Below are positions 1 to 13,839 of a stretch of 64,000 nt of DNA, in pieces. Source of the stretch: an uncultured Gemmataceae bacterium (GTDB lineage Bacteria; Planctomycetota; Planctomycetia; Gemmatales; Gemmataceae); the NCBI GenBank assembly GCA_963750165.1, contig CAVVPN010000012.1:608001-672000 (forward strand), in the 5' to 3' direction. A program made the position numbers and the translations under genes. A model generated the notes under the pieces. It did no database searches and had not been told where the DNA came from. It saw only the letters and a list, made by a program, of their open reading frames with translations. The first letter of the stretch is position 1. Each line of letters begins with the position of its first letter.

Positions 1-402
1 GTAGCGTCCGCGCCACCGCCAGTGCCCCGGCCTGTTGAGAAAGCGGGGGGTTACACGCCGCCGGCGCCGCCCGCGCTGCCAGCGGTGATACAGGCGGGGA
101 ACCGGTCGCCGGCCGCGCCGCCTGGCCCATCCGCCGCTCCGGCGACGGTGCGTTTCGAAGCCAGACCGGCACCGCCCGCGGCACCCCCGGAGTTGGCGGC
201 TCGGTTGCGGCAGCGCCTGATGCAGGTCTGTGGTCCGGCGGCGAAACAGATCGAGGTGGAGTTCAAGTCGGCCACGGCGATTCAGGTCCGGCTGACCGTC
301 GCCAGCGAGGCCGAAGGCCAACGTTTGGGGACGATGGTGATGGGGCTGCCGGAACTGGCCCGCTACCCCCACCTGGACGTGTTCGCGCAGGTTCGGCCGT
401 AA
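1..402 (+). CDS. Hypothetical protein, 3' part (Pro/Ala-rich linker plus small C-terminal domain); 5' end outside window
   Basis: Frame open from base 1 to TAA at 400-402; GC-rich codon usage. Confidence 0.6.
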   Translation, partial: VASAPPPVPRPVEKAGGYTPPAPPALPAVIQAGNRSPAAPPGPSAAPATVRFEARPAPPAAPPELAARLRQRLMQVCGPAAKQIEVEFKSATAIQVRLTVASEAEGQRLGTMVMGLPELARYPHLDVFAQVRP

Positions 403-646
403 CAGCCTTCGCAGATCGCCTTGCTGCCGTTTACGGTTCGCGCATCGGAAGCGGCGCGAACCGTAAACGGCAGCCCATTTCCGCCCGGACACCGACACTC
501 CCTTCCTTCACCGGTGTTTCATTCAAAAGGGCCGGATCGGAGTGCGTCCACCGATCCGCATTTGCCCCAACCGCCGGCGCAAGCCAGAGTGACCGCGCCG
601 ACCGCGTTCTCTGGGCAAGTTCCCAATCCGAACAGGAGTTCACCGG

Positions 647-2394
647 ATGCGATTGCTCCACCGCACCTGCGCCACCCTGGCGGCGCTGCTGACGCTGACC
701 GCACTCGGCGGTTCGGCGCTGGCGGCAGCACAAGCCGATGGCGACAAGAAGGCTCCACCGAAGAAAACCGCCACGTCCACCGCCGCCGCGATCCCTGCGG
801 AGCAGTGGAAGCAGGCCAGCACCGCCGCGCTCAAACCCGGCGAACTCGACGCCCTGCTCGCCGAGCAGTTGCAGAAGCACGGCGTCAAGCCGGCGCCGCT
901 GACCACCGACGAGCAGTTCATCCGCCGCGTGTACCTCGACCTGACCGGCAAACTGCCGATGCCAGCCGACATCACCGAATTCGTCAAGGACAAGAATCCG
1001 AACCGGCGGGCGAAGCTGATCGACCGCCTGCTGGAGACAGACGACTTCTGCCGGCACTGGGCGGACTACTGGTACAGCGTCATCGCGCTGCGCGTTACCG
1101 ACCCGTTGCTGCAAATCACTGGCCAGCAGTTCAAGCCGTGGATGGTCGAGCAGCTCAAGACGAACAAGAGCTGGGCGGACATCACCCGATCAATGCTGCT
1201 GGCCGAGGGCGAGATGCGTTTCTTCCCCGGCAAGGATGGGAAGTACAAGCCGAACGGCTCGTCCTTCCTGCTGGGTTCGCGGCGCGGCACCGACGCCGCC
1301 ACCGAACGGGCCGCGGAAACGTCGCGCATCTTCCTGGGCGTCCAGATTCAGTGCGCCCAGTGCCACGACCACCCGAGCGACGTGTGGAAGCGGCAGCAGT
1401 TCCACGAGTTCGCGGCGTACTTCGGCCGGCTGCGCGAGCGGCCCATTTTCGAGGAGAAGCGCATCGTCGGTTTCGCGCTGGTGTCCACTCCGTTCGGCGA
1501 GTACCAGATGCCGGGCAAAGATAACAAGAAGGAAGTCAAGAAAAAGGGTTTCGGCCCCGGCGGCGCCGGCCTCGCCCCGCGCTTCCTGGACGGCAAGTCG
1601 CCGGGAGCGCGGTTGCCGGACCTGCAGCGGCGCAGATCGCTGGTCGAATCGATCACGTCAAAGGACAACCCGTGGTTCGCGGCGGCTTACGTCAACCGCA
1701 TCTGGGGCGAGTTGCTGGGCCAGTCGTTCTACCAGCCGATCGACGACCTGGGGCCGCAGAAGGAGGCGGTGTTCCCGCCGGTCATCACGCGGTTGGCGGG
1801 CGCCTTCAAGGGCTCGAACTACGACATGAAGGGCCTGTTCCGAACGGTGATGAACACGCGGGCGTATCAGCGGCAGATTCGCGCGGCGCGGCGCCGGACG
1901 AGCACTTGTTGTTCGCGGCGGTGTATCCGAAGCGGTTGCAGGGCAACGCCCTGTGGCAGTCGCTGGTGTGTACGCTGGGGCCGATTGGTCCGGGGGGGCC
2001 GGGCGGCTTCGGCCCCAGGAAGGGACCGGGCGGTTTCGCGGGGCGGGGCGGCCTGGAGAACGTGTTCAAGCAGGAGTTCGGCTACGACCCGTCCACCCGG
2101 CCGGAGGACATCGAGGGCAGCATCGCGCAGGCGCTGCTGCTGATGAACAATCCGCAGCTGAACCAGAAGATCCGGGCCACGGGCACGAACTTGCTGACCC
2201 GCGTGCTGAAAGCGTATCCCAAGGACGACGAGGCGCTGACGGTGGTGTACCTGCGAGCGCTGGCGCGGACGCCGACGGATCGTGAACTGGAACGCTGCCA
2301 GTCGTACGTTCAGCGCGTCGGCAACCGGGCCGAGGCGTTCGAGGATATTCTGTGGGTGCTGGTGAACTCGACCGAGTTCCAGACAAAACGCTGA
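647..2394 (+). CDS. DUF1549/DUF1553 planctomycete protein; one frameshift near 1885
   Basis: Signal peptide, FIRRVYLDLTGKLP, FLGVQIQCAQCHDHP, VNRIWGELLG; C-terminus QALLLMNN...FEDILWVLVNSTEF continues in the 1672..2394 frame. Confidence 0.9.
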
Positions 2395-2400
2395 CCATGC

Positions 2401-2466
2401 GTGTCCGATCCGAGCCCGAGCACCAGCGCGGGGCTCCTCGCTGGCGCTCGGGCTCGGATCGGACAC
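2401..2466. repeat. Palindromic intergenic element (CGAGCCCGAGC family); relative at 38943-39000
   Basis: gtgtccgatccgagcccgagcaccagcg ... cgctggcgctcgggctcggatcggacac. Confidence 0.8.
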
Positions 2467-2483
2467 CAAACCCCGAGGAACCA

Positions 2484-3773
2484 ATGACCGTTCAAACCTT
2501 GATGCAAGTCCGCACGACGGGCGAGGGTGTGGTCAGCCGACGGACGTTCCTGCGCGGCGCCGCGGGGGCGGCGGGGTTGGGTCTGTTTGGCTGGAAGGAC
2601 GCGGTGACGGCGCACGCCCAGGAGCTGCGCCGCCAGGGCATGGCCTGCGTGCTGATCTTCCTGCGCGGCGGCCCCAGCCAGTTCGAGACGTTCAACCCGA
2701 AGCCGGGCACCACCAACGGCGGCCCGACCACGGCCATCAACACCAACGTGCAGGGTATTCAGCTCGCCGAGGGCTGGACGCGCACCGCCCAGGTGATGAA
2801 TAGCATCGCCCTGGTGCGCTCGATGACCAACCGCGAGGGCGAGCACCAGCGGGCGACCTATCAGTTGCACACCGGCTACGTGCCGCTGGCGGCGCTGCGC
2901 TACCCGAGCTTCGGCTCGATTGCGTCGGCGGAGATCGGGCCGCGCGACTTTGATCTGCCGCACTTCGTCCATGTCGGCGGCCGTTTCGGCGCCGTCGGCA
3001 GCGGCTTCCTGGGCATGGCACACGCGCCGTTCGTGGTGCAGAACGCCAACCAGATGCCGGCCAATTCGCAGCTGCCCGTCGGCAACGCCCGCTTCAGCCG
3101 CCGGCTCGAATTGATGCGCGAACTGGAAGAGGACTTTGCCGCGGCCGGCGCCCGGACGCAGGTGAACGAGCACCGTTCGGTGTACAACAGCGCCGCGAAC
3201 CTGGTGCGCAGCCCCCGGCTGCGAGCGTTCGACCTGCGCGAGGAGACGGACGCGACGCGCGACCGCTACGGCCGCAACGCCGTGGGCCAGGGCTGTCTGC
3301 TGGCGCGGCGGCTGATCGAGACGGGCGTGACGTTTGTGGAGGTGGATTTCCCGGGCTGGGACACGCACCAGGACAACTTCACACGGACGCGGACGCTGGT
3401 GAATCAGGTGGACCCGGCGTTCGCGTCGCTGGTGGAGGATCTGCGGCAGCGTGGCCGGCTGGAGCGGACGCTGGTGGTGGTGATGGGCGAGTTCGGCCGG
3501 ACGCCGCGCATCAACGCCAACACGGGCCGCGATCACTTCCCGCGGGCGTTCAGCCTGGCGCTGGCCGGCGGCGGCATCCGTGGCGGCCGTGTGCTCGGCG
3601 CCACCAGCGCCACCGGCGTGGACGTGACACAGCGGCCGGTGACGGTGCCGGACCTGTTCTGCACGTTCTGCCGGTCGCTGGGCATCAACCCGCGCCGCGA
3701 GAACCTCACGGCCATCGGCCGCCCCATCCGCATCGTGGACGGCGGCCAGCCGGTCAATGAACTGTTCTCCTGA
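2484..3773 (+). CDS. DUF1501 family protein with Tat-like SRRTFL motif
   Basis: GGPSQFETFNPKP, GWDTH, MGEFGRTPRIN, GRDHFP; GAGG RBS upstream; usual partner of DUF1549/1553. Confidence 0.92.
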   Translation: MTVQTLMQVRTTGEGVVSRRTFLRGAAGAAGLGLFGWKDAVTAHAQELRRQGMACVLIFLRGGPSQFETFNPKPGTTNGGPTTAINTNVQGIQLAEGWTRTAQVMNSIALVRSMTNREGEHQRATYQLHTGYVPLAALRYPSFGSIASAEIGPRDFDLPHFVHVGGRFGAVGSGFLGMAHAPFVVQNANQMPANSQLPVGNARFSRRLELMRELEEDFAAAGARTQVNEHRSVYNSAANLVRSPRLRAFDLREETDATRDRYGRNAVGQGCLLARRLIETGVTFVEVDFPGWDTHQDNFTRTRTLVNQVDPAFASLVEDLRQRGRLERTLVVVMGEFGRTPRINANTGRDHFPRAFSLALAGGGIRGGRVLGATSATGVDVTQRPVTVPDLFCTFCRSLGINPRRENLTAIGRPIRIVDGGQPVNELFS

Positions 3774-3883
3774 ACCAAAGAGATTAGCCACAGAGGACAC
3801 AGAGGACACAGAGAGAAAGAGAGGAAGGGTGATTCAGCCCTCCTGTCTTCCTCTCTGTGTCCTCTGTGGCTAATCTCTTTGGT
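3774..3883. repeat. Inverted repeat with CACAGAGGA nonamer units
   Basis: accaaagagattagccacagaggacacagag ... ctctgtgtcctctgtggctaatctctttggt. Confidence 0.8.
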
Positions 3884-3888
3884 ATAAT
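3880..3888 (+). promoter_or_regulatory. Extended -10 element (TGgTATAAT), 6 nt before the rsgA ATG; probable leaderless transcript
   Basis: Exact TGnTATAAT at 3880-3888, ATG at 3895, no Shine-Dalgarno between. Confidence 0.6.
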
Positions 3889-3894
3889 CCCCGC

Positions 3895-5036
3895 ATGGCG
3901 AAAAAGAAAAAAGTTCGGGTTGATCTGCGCAAGAACCGCTCCAAGCCGCCGCGCGACCGCGCCTGGACGCGCGGCTTCCAGGAGCACGGCTACGCCGAGG
4001 ACGCGACCGTCTCGGACGAGCGCGTCCGCGCCAAGGGCGACCTGTCGCGCAGCGCACCATCATCCAGGAAGACCAACCCGGAGCCAACCCGGACCAGGCA
4101 CAGACCGCCGAGATGCCGACGGTCGATGCGGCCACACACCTGCTGGGCCGTGTGCTGCGCGTCCACGGGTTGCACTCGGTCGTCGAGACGGCGGACGGCC
4201 GGCAGTACCGCTGTGTCGTGCGGCGGCTGCTCAAGTCACTGGCGACCGACGAGCGCAACGTCGTCACCACCGGCGACCGTGTGTGGATCCGCCTGTCGCA
4301 GCACGACGAGGGCTTCATCGAGCGCGTCGAGCCGCGGCACGGATTGCTGACGCGGGCGTCGCGCAAGCGGGAGCACGTCCTGGTGGCCAACGTCGATCAG
4401 GTGGTCTTCGTGATGGCCCTGGTCGAGCCCGAGTTGAAGCCGCACCTCATCGACCGCTACCTGGCCAGCGCTGAACAGGGCAACATCGCTCCGGTGCTCT
4501 GTCTGAACAAGGTGGACCTGGTGGACGCGGTGGCGTACCAGCCGCTGGTCGGCTTCTACAGCCAGCTGGGCATCCCGACGTACCTGACGAGCGCCGCGAC
4601 GGGGCAGGGCATCGACCGGCTGCGGGCGCGGTTGCGTGACCGGCAGACGGTGTTCTCGGGCCAGAGCGGTGTGGGCAAATCGTCGCTGCTGAACGCGGTG
4701 CAGCCGGGGTTGGGCCTGCACGTCAGCGAGGTCAGCGAGGTCAACCAGAAGGGCCGCCACACGACGACGACGGCGCAGCTGCTGAAGCTGGAGTTCGGCG
4801 GCTGGGTGGTGGACACGCCGGGCATCCGCCAGTTCGAGTTGTGGGACATCATCCCGGAAGAGGTGGAGGGCTTCTTCCCAGAGTTCCGGCCGTACGTGGC
4901 GCTGTGCGCCTTCCCGGACTGCACGCACACGCACGAGGAGCGCTGCGCCATCAAGGACGCGGTGCTCAGGCGGCAGATCAGCGAGCGGCGGTATACGAGT
5001 TACCTGGGAATGTTCAACGGATCGATGGAGGAGTGA
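3895..5036 (+). CDS. rsgA: Ribosome small subunit-dependent GTPase A; one frameshift near 4053
   Basis: Circularly permuted G motifs NKVD, GQSGVGKSS, GRHTTT, DTPG; Zn finger CAFPDCTHTHEERC. Confidence 0.92.
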
Positions 5037-5146
5037 GTATGTCCGCAGATGCTGCCCGACGACAGCAGCTGAAGGCGATCACACGGGAGGTGTTCGAGCG
5101 CCGCCGGGACGCCTATATACGACTCGCACAAGGAGAAGGAGGCGAC

Positions 5147-5389
5147 ATGGCTCTTTCCACAAGTTGGATCAGCAAAACGCCCGGCGTCTGTGGCGGCGAT
5201 GCCTGCATCCGCGACACCCGACACACCGTTCACGGTCTGGTCGAGTGGAAGAAGCTGGGCTTAACCGACGCACGCATTTTGGAACACCATCCCGATCTGA
5301 CACCGGCCGATTTGGAAGCGGCCTGGGATTACTACGCACGGCATGCGGCGGAGATTGACGACGCCATCCGCACCAATGCCGAGGCCTGA
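5147..5389 (+). CDS. DUF433 family putative antitoxin (in-frame upstream ATG at 5039 also possible)
   Basis: ISKTPGVCGGDACIRDTR...HPDLTPADLEAAWDYY; AAGGAGG RBS. Confidence 0.85.
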   Translation: MALSTSWISKTPGVCGGDACIRDTRHTVHGLVEWKKLGLTDARILEHHPDLTPADLEAAWDYYARHAAEIDDAIRTNAEA

Positions 5390-5396
5390 GGCGCTG

Positions 5397-5475
5397 CCGC
5401 TTCGTTCGTAGTACCGCCTTCAGGCGGAATCTGCGCCGCAGATTCCGCCTGAAGGCGGTACTACGAACGAAGCGG
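5397..5475. repeat. Perfect 39-bp-arm palindrome; GTAG-type REP doublet
   Basis: ccgcttcgttcGTAGtaccgccttcaggcggaatctgcg-c-cgcagattccgcctgaaggcggtaCTACgaacgaagcgg. Confidence 0.85.
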
Positions 5476-5503
5476 GCCATCTCACCGCTTCCTTGAATTT
5501 GAT

Positions 5504-6634
5504 CTACTCCACCTTCCACACCTTCGAGTCCTGCCGCACCACCCAGCGCTGCCGTTTGCCCGCCGCGCCCCGAATCTCCGCGTCGGCCTGAAACAGCAAC
5601 TCCGTCGCTTGCAGCCCCGGCGGCCGCGTCAGGCTCGGGTGCGTCAATCCCGCCAGGCCCAGCGCCTTCAGGTCCGGCGCCCAGCGCTTGTGTGTCTTGT
5701 GATACGCCCGCTGCGCCTGATAAATGCGGTACAGCAGCAACTTCGCCCGCCCCGCCTCATCGGGCCGAAACTTCACCGTCCCCGGTTTCGCGATCGAGAA
5801 CTGCACATAGCCCCACATCTCCGGCTGGTGCATGTCAATCACGCCCTGCGGCGACCACACCCAGTTGTCTTCCTTCAAGCCCTTGATCTTCTGATAGCGG
5901 CCCTCGACGACCTCGTGCCGCCACTCAACGCGCGAGAAGTTGACGCGCCACTGGTCGCCGTCGCGCGGCGGCCCCGGCGGGTGCGGCTGATACGCCATCT
6001 CCGCCAGCACGCGCCACGGCAACGCCAGCTCCACCGACCAGCCCCGGTCCACGTCGCGCGGGTCGTTGAGGGTGCCGTCCACATGGACCGCCGTCTTCAG
6101 GCCGGGTATCTCCCAGCTGTCCAGCGCCGTGCCGCCGTCACGGTACGGCCGTGGCAGAAACAGATCCCAGCCGGTGTTCAGCGCGTTGATCTCGAACTCG
6201 TAATACTCGTGATTGTCGCCGTTGGGATCGATGAACACTTCAAAGTCGTTGTCACGGAAAATCACCGAGTCGTGCTTCGTCAGCGTGCCCCAGACGTGCG
6301 GCTCCTCCATCTCCGCGGCGACGTAATAATAGTCATCGTCCCAGAGCATCTTGACGCGCGTCCGGAAGCGCGGCCGCGGTTTCTTGTCGCCCTCGATGTC
6401 CACGAAATCGTCGGTCCACGGTGCGTCCTGCCACGCCGGATCGTCGAGTTTGCCGTCGATCTTGATTGGCTGCGTAGCGCGGTAGCAGACATAGCCTTTC
6501 GGGTGGACGAAGTGCAGCGCCGGCCGCGCCACGGGCTTCGGGTTGGCCACAGGATGTGGCGGCAGCAGCCCGGACAGCGGGATGAGCAACACGAGGACGA
6601 GCAAGCTGATGGCGGCCAGGCGCGAACGGTTCAC
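5504..6634 (-). CDS. Secreted carbohydrate-binding family 9-like protein
   Basis: Signal peptide; [50 protein letters not shown]. Confidence 0.8.
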   Translation of the reverse strand: MNRSRLAAISLLVLVLLIPLSGLLPPHPVANPKPVARPALHFVHPKGYVCYRATQPIKIDGKLDDPAWQDAPWTDDFVDIEGDKKPRPRFRTRVKMLWDDDYYYVAAEMEEPHVWGTLTKHDSVIFRDNDFEVFIDPNGDNHEYYEFEINALNTGWDLFLPRPYRDGGTALDSWEIPGLKTAVHVDGTLNDPRDVDRGWSVELALPWRVLAEMAYQPHPPGPPRDGDQWRVNFSRVEWRHEVVEGRYQKIKGLKEDNWVWSPQGVIDMHQPEMWGYVQFSIAKPGTVKFRPDEAGRAKLLLYRIYQAQRAYHKTHKRWAPDLKALGLAGLTHPSLTRPPGLQATELLFQADAEIRGAAGKRQRWVVRQDSKVWKVE

Positions 6635-6750
6635 AGCAGCTCCTTCGAGGCCAACGGCCAGTTGTTGCCAGGGCCGCTATTGTATACGGTACGCAGAAGG
6701 GCGGTGGCCGCCACCGCCCACCGTTTCCCGAACCCCCAGGAGAGCCGATC

Positions 6751-7503
6751 ATGCCTCGCGTAACCCGCCGTCACGCCCTGCAGTCCGGCGCCGCTGCCGC
6801 CGCGGTGCTGACCCTGGCCCCCAACCTTGGCGCCGCCCCAGCCGCCGCCCCCGTCCGGCCCGCCGCGCCCCAGGCCCAACCGCCCGCCGGCCCGTTCATG
6901 CTGCCCAAGCTGCCCTACGCCTACAACGCCCTGGCGCCGCACATCAGCCAGCGCACCATGACCATCCACCACGACCGGCACCATCAGGCCTACGTCAACA
7001 ACCTCAACACCGCCGTCGCCGGCCACCCCGACCTGCAAAAGATGTCCGTCGAGATCCTCCTGCGCAACATCAACAAGGTGCCGATGGCCATCCGCACGGC
7101 GGTCATTAACAACGGCGGCGGCCACGCCAACCACAGCCTGTTCTGGGAAATCATGGCCCCGAAGGCGGGCGGCGAGCCGGCCGGCGACCTTGGCAAGGCC
7201 ATCGCCAAGGCGTTCGGCTCGTTCAAGCAGTTTCAGACGCGGTTCAGCACCGCGGCGGCGACGCTGTTCGGCAGCGGTTGGGCCTGGCTGGTCGTCAACA
7301 AGGGCCAGCTGGAAATGGAAAGCCTGCCGAATCAGAACAGCCCGCTGCTGAGCGGCAAGACGCCGATCCTCGGCCTCGACGTGTGGGAGCACGCCTATTA
7401 CCTGGACCGCGAGAATCGGCGGCCCGAGTACATCCGCGAGTGGTGGAGCGTCGTCAACTGGCCCAACGTCGCCCAGCGCTACGCGGCGGCGCTGAAGGGG
7501 TGA
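6751..7503 (+). CDS. sodA: Fe/Mn superoxide dismutase (Mn-type signature) with twin-arginine signal peptide
   Basis: [34 protein letters not shown]-terminal TRRHAL plus hydrophobic stretch. Confidence 0.9.
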   Translation: MPRVTRRHALQSGAAAAAVLTLAPNLGAAPAAAPVRPAAPQAQPPAGPFMLPKLPYAYNALAPHISQRTMTIHHDRHHQAYVNNLNTAVAGHPDLQKMSVEILLRNINKVPMAIRTAVINNGGGHANHSLFWEIMAPKAGGEPAGDLGKAIAKAFGSFKQFQTRFSTAAATLFGSGWAWLVVNKGQLEMESLPNQNSPLLSGKTPILGLDVWEHAYYLDRENRRPEYIREWWSVVNWPNVAQRYAAALKG

Positions 7504-7512
7504 TCGAATCGA

Positions 7513-7552
7513 GCTGCCGCTTGCGGCTTGGCGCCAAGCCGCAAGCGGCAGC
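7513..7552. repeat. Perfect 40-bp palindrome between convergent genes; half copies near 9249 and 42160
   Basis: gctgccgcttgcggcttggc|gccaagccgcaagcggcagc. Confidence 0.8.
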
Positions 7553-7560
7553 AAAATAGG

Positions 7561-7959
7561 TCAGCGGATCACCGGCAACGTGTAGACCACGCGCCAGCGG
7601 AGGCCGTGGCTCTGCAAGCGCACCTGGTAGCCCTGGGCGCTCATCGCGTTGGCGAAGCTGCGAGCCGGGTGCAGCAGCAAGAAATCCTGCTGGCCGCCCA
7701 CCGCGGCCACTGGAGCGCACGGCACAGCCTGGGTGACCGTCACGGGCGGGGCCGCCGGGAGAGGCGGGGCAAGCACCGGCGGCGCCTCGGGCACCGGCTG
7801 GGCGACCGCCACGGGCCGGGCGAAGACCGGGTAGGGCCGGTAGCACGCCCGTGGGGCGCCGAACCACACGCCCAGCGACACCTGAGCCGACGCAGCCCCC
7901 GCCGTCACTGCGGTCACCGCCATCGCCGCCACCGCCGTCAGCATTGTCTTGCGAAACAT
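7561..7959 (-). CDS. Hypothetical secreted Pro-rich protein
   Basis: GGAGGT RBS; signal peptide ending ASA-Q. Confidence 0.65.
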   Translation of the reverse strand: MFRKTMLTAVAAMAVTAVTAGAASAQVSLGVWFGAPRACYRPYPVFARPVAVAQPVPEAPPVLAPPLPAAPPVTVTQAVPCAPVAAVGGQQDFLLLHPARSFANAMSAQGYQVRLQSHGLRWRVVYTLPVIR

Positions 7960-8127
7960 GGGTCACCTCCACTTCCGTTCCGGCCTGGATGTGTCTCTTC
8001 CTCCACCAATCATACGCACCGCGCGGCGGCTTTTGCGCTGCTGCCGACGGATAGTAAGATGCGTATCCGCTTGACGTTGCGGGTTCCGTTGACTTTGGCG
8101 AGAATGCAGAAAGAAAGGAGCCGTTGC

Positions 8128-9233
8128 ATGTCCCCAAGCTTGCGCGAACTACTGAACGCCTTCGACGCCGAGCTGCCGCTGGACCGCGCCCGCACCATCC
8201 CCAGCGCGTGGTACTTCGATCCCGAGCTTTACGCGCTGGAGTGTCGCAACGTCTTCGGCACGGTGTGGACGGCGGTCGGCCGCGCTGACCAGGTGGCGGC
8301 GCCGGGAGCGTTCCTGACGCTGGAGGTGGCGGGCGAGCCGATCGTGGTGGTGCGCGGCAGCGATGGCGTGCTGCGGGCGTTTTCCAATGTCTGCCGTCAC
8401 CGCGCCGCCCAGGTCATCAACGAACCGCAGGGCGTCGCCACGAAGTTGCGCTGTCGCTACCACGGCTGGACGTACGACCTGTGCGGCCAACTCCGCGGCA
8501 CCCCGGAGTTCGAGGGCGTCATGGACTTCTGCCGCGAGGATTTTGGCCTGCCGGAACTGGGCGTCGCCGAGTGGGGGCCGCTGGTGTTCGTCACCTGCGC
8601 CCGGCCGCGAAACGACCGCCGCTGGAGACGTTCCTGGCGCCGCTGCCGGAGCGAACCGCGGCGCTGGGGCTGGACCGGTTGCACTTCGCGGAGCGGCGCG
8701 AGTACGTGCTGGAGTGTAACTGGAAGGTGTTCGTGGACAACTACCAGGACGGTGGTTATCATGTGAACACGGTCCATCCGGGCCTGGCGGGGGCGCTGGA
8801 CTACAAGCACTACCGCACCGAGATCGCCGGCAACACCAGCGTGCAGATCAGCCCCATCAAGCCGAGCGACGACCCCGCCGTGCAGGCGGTGCGCGGTGGC
8901 GAGCACGCCTATTACTGGTGGGTGTTTCCGAACCTGATGCTGAACCTGTACCAGGGCACGATGGACACGAACCTGGTGCTGCCGCTCGGGCCGGACCGCT
9001 GCAAGGTGATTTTCGACTTCTACTTCGCGGACGTGACCGGGCCGGAGGCGCGGCGCTTCATCGAGCAGAGCATCGCGGTGGCGCATCAGGTGCAGCTGGA
9101 GGACATGGGCGTCTGCGATGAGGTGCAGCGCGGGCTGAAGAGTCGGACGTATGACACGGGGCGCTTCAGCGTGCGCCGCGAGGCGGGCGGCTATCACTTC
9201 CACCAGTTGCTGGCGCGACAGTTGCGCGGGTGA
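8128..9233 (+). CDS. Rieske non-heme iron oxygenase alpha subunit (choline monooxygenase-like); frameshift near 8600
   Basis: NVCRHR...CRYHGW Rieske motif; NWKVFVDNYQDGGYHVNTVHP; AAAGGAG RBS. Confidence 0.88.
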
Positions 9234-9265
9234 GCGGACCCCATCTTTCTGCCGCTTGCGGCCTG

Positions 9266-9353
9266 GCGCGCTTCTGTCGTGAGGCAGACATTCCTGTCTG
9301 CCAACTTTGCAAGGTCGGCAGACAGGAATGTCTGCCCCACGACAGAAGCGCGC
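9266..9353. repeat. GTGG-type REP doublet (GGCAGACATTCCTGTCTGCC); relative at 41623-41686
   Basis: Two inverted units with extended complementary flanks. Confidence 0.85.
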
Positions 9354-9647
9354 TGAATCCCTCCCGGCGCGAAATGGATTGCATGGCACCCCCCTACACA
9401 CAGCCGCCGAATCAATACGTCGAAGTCGTGGCCTGGGGGTGTCATGGTCGGGCGCTCGCTGGTGTGGGTTGCCACAGCAAGGACGCCAAGAACGCCAACG
9501 TTTTCACACGTCGAGATTTGGCGCCCTTGCAGACGTGGAGCGCGCGGGTAGAAGAGCCGAACCTGAACGAAAGCCTGGTGTCTCTATTATCAGCCTGGTG
9601 ATACCTTTTTCAGTCTGAAGCCAGTGAATTCGCGTATATTCTCGGCC

Positions 9648-10055
9648 ATGCACAACTACCGCGGCGATTTTGAAGTCCACATAACTGTACTGGCGCCAGG
9701 CAAGACCCTGCTTGACCGGTTTCGGGAGTGGTGCAGCGCCCGAGAACTGAAATGCGTTTGGATCGTCCTCGCACGCGGCGAACATGTCGAACAACCGATG
9801 GCTACCTGGCGGCGTTCCAACAAGACCCTGTCCCTGGTCGTAGAAGAAGCGGAGCGGTACGCTGCCGATTTGCACCACGTCGCCATTCCGGTTGCGCGTG
9901 TGAAGGTTGAGGCCGCGCCGCACAATGACGAGGTGCCCGTGCGCGACGCAGACGCGGCAGCCCATGAGGCGAAGAACTACTTCGAGCACCACGTCAAGCT
10001 CCTCCGCGATACGACGGCAGCACGTTCCGCTTTCCGTCGTACACGCCGGAAATGA
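9648..10055 (+). pseudogene. Conserved-looking hypothetical protein, apparently truncated at the 3' end
   Basis: FEVHITV, QPMAT, RVKVEAAP, YFEHHVKL motifs then abrupt end in lower-complexity sequence; family recognition tentative. Confidence 0.45.
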
Positions 10056-10154
10056 TGCTGCGGAAAGTCCGGATGGTATGGGGTCTCTGGGCGGCGCAGT
10101 ACCAGGGGCATGGCCCAATCTCGTCGATCTGCTCGGAATGATTCTACCAAATAA

Positions 10155-10188
10155 GCGCAGGCGAAAGGAACGATCCTTTCGCCTGCGC
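10155..10188. terminator. Hairpin just downstream of ppdK
   Basis: gcgcaggcgaaagga-acga-tcctttcgcctgcgc. Confidence 0.55.
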
Positions 10189-10208
10189 GTGTCCGCATCC
10201 TTGGTTTT

Positions 10209-12974
<2,766 letters not shown>

Positions 12975-13104
12975 CGCGCGTTTCCTGAGGGGGGAATGGT
13001 GCGTGCGTCCGCGCCAAGAGTGGCGGGCGTGCCGGGCTGCTCGCCGCGGGGTTGGTTCTGTGGGAAGTGTATGAACCGGCCGGGTCCGCGTCAGCGCGGC
13101 GATA

Positions 13105-13167
13105 CCACGTAGGACGGCTCTCCAGAGCCGTCGGGGAGAGACGGCTCTGGAGAGCCGTCCTACGTGG
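13105..13167. repeat. GTAG-type REP doublet (GTAGGACGGCTCTCCAGAGCCGTC); second copy at 49031-49080
   Basis: Inverted pair with units identical to the 49031 copy. Confidence 0.88.
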
Positions 13168-13173
13168 AAGAGG

Positions 13174-13626
13174 TCAGCGCGGCTGGTCGAGCACGGCGAG
13201 CAACTTGGTCAGCAGGCGCGCCAGGTCTTCCTGATCGTCCTCGGGCAGGTCGCGGAGGCAGTCGGCGATGCGGCGGACGCGGGCGCCCTGGTAGGCGAGC
13301 AGGGCCTGCTCGCCGATGGGAGTCAGGCAGACATCGATCTTGCGTTTGTCGCGGGAGTTGATGCTGCAACTGATGAGCGGCTGGGGGCGGTTCTCCAGCG
13401 AGCGAATGATGCGCGACATCTGCGCCGGCAGGACGCCCAGCAGACGCTGGATGTCGCCGACGATCATGGTGCCGCGGCCCTGCAGGGTGGCGAGGGTGAG
13501 GAATTCGATTTCCTTGAGGTCCACGCCCCGGCGACGGCCGCGCTGGGCGGCCAGGCAGACCTGCGTCACCACCTCGAACAGGTCCTGGGCAAGTTCGTCA
13601 ACGCGCTGGCCCGTGCCGGTGGCCAT
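13174..13626 (-). CDS. MarR family transcriptional regulator
   Basis: wHTH pattern [11 protein letters not shown]...[13 protein letters not shown]. Confidence 0.85.
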   Translation of the reverse strand: MATGTGQRVDELAQDLFEVVTQVCLAAQRGRRRGVDLKEIEFLTLATLQGRGTMIVGDIQRLLGVLPAQMSRIIRSLENRPQPLISCSINSRDKRKIDVCLTPIGEQALLAYQGARVRRIADCLRDLPEDDQEDLARLLTKLLAVLDQPR

Positions 13627-13726
13627 GAATGCTCGTCCCTCTGCACGCTCTCCGGGCCGGTTGTGTGGGTGGGCCGCCCGGTTGTCCGTCTGCGAGTCCA
13701 GCTTCGCGAGGAAAATCGACGCCCTC

Positions 13727-13754
13727 ATCATAGCCACTGACAAGGGGCTGTCAA
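13727..13754 (-). promoter_or_regulatory. Sigma70-type promoter TTGACA-N16-TATGAT overlapped by palindrome TGACA-N6-TGTCA
   Basis: Read directly on the - strand ~100 bp upstream of the MarR start. Confidence 0.65.
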
Positions 13755-13839
13755 TCGCAAACGGCGCCCGGTGGCGCAAGCAGGGCAAACTGCGCCCGGA
13801 CGAGCGGGATGTGCTGGGAAACCGGATTGTGGGGGAGAG

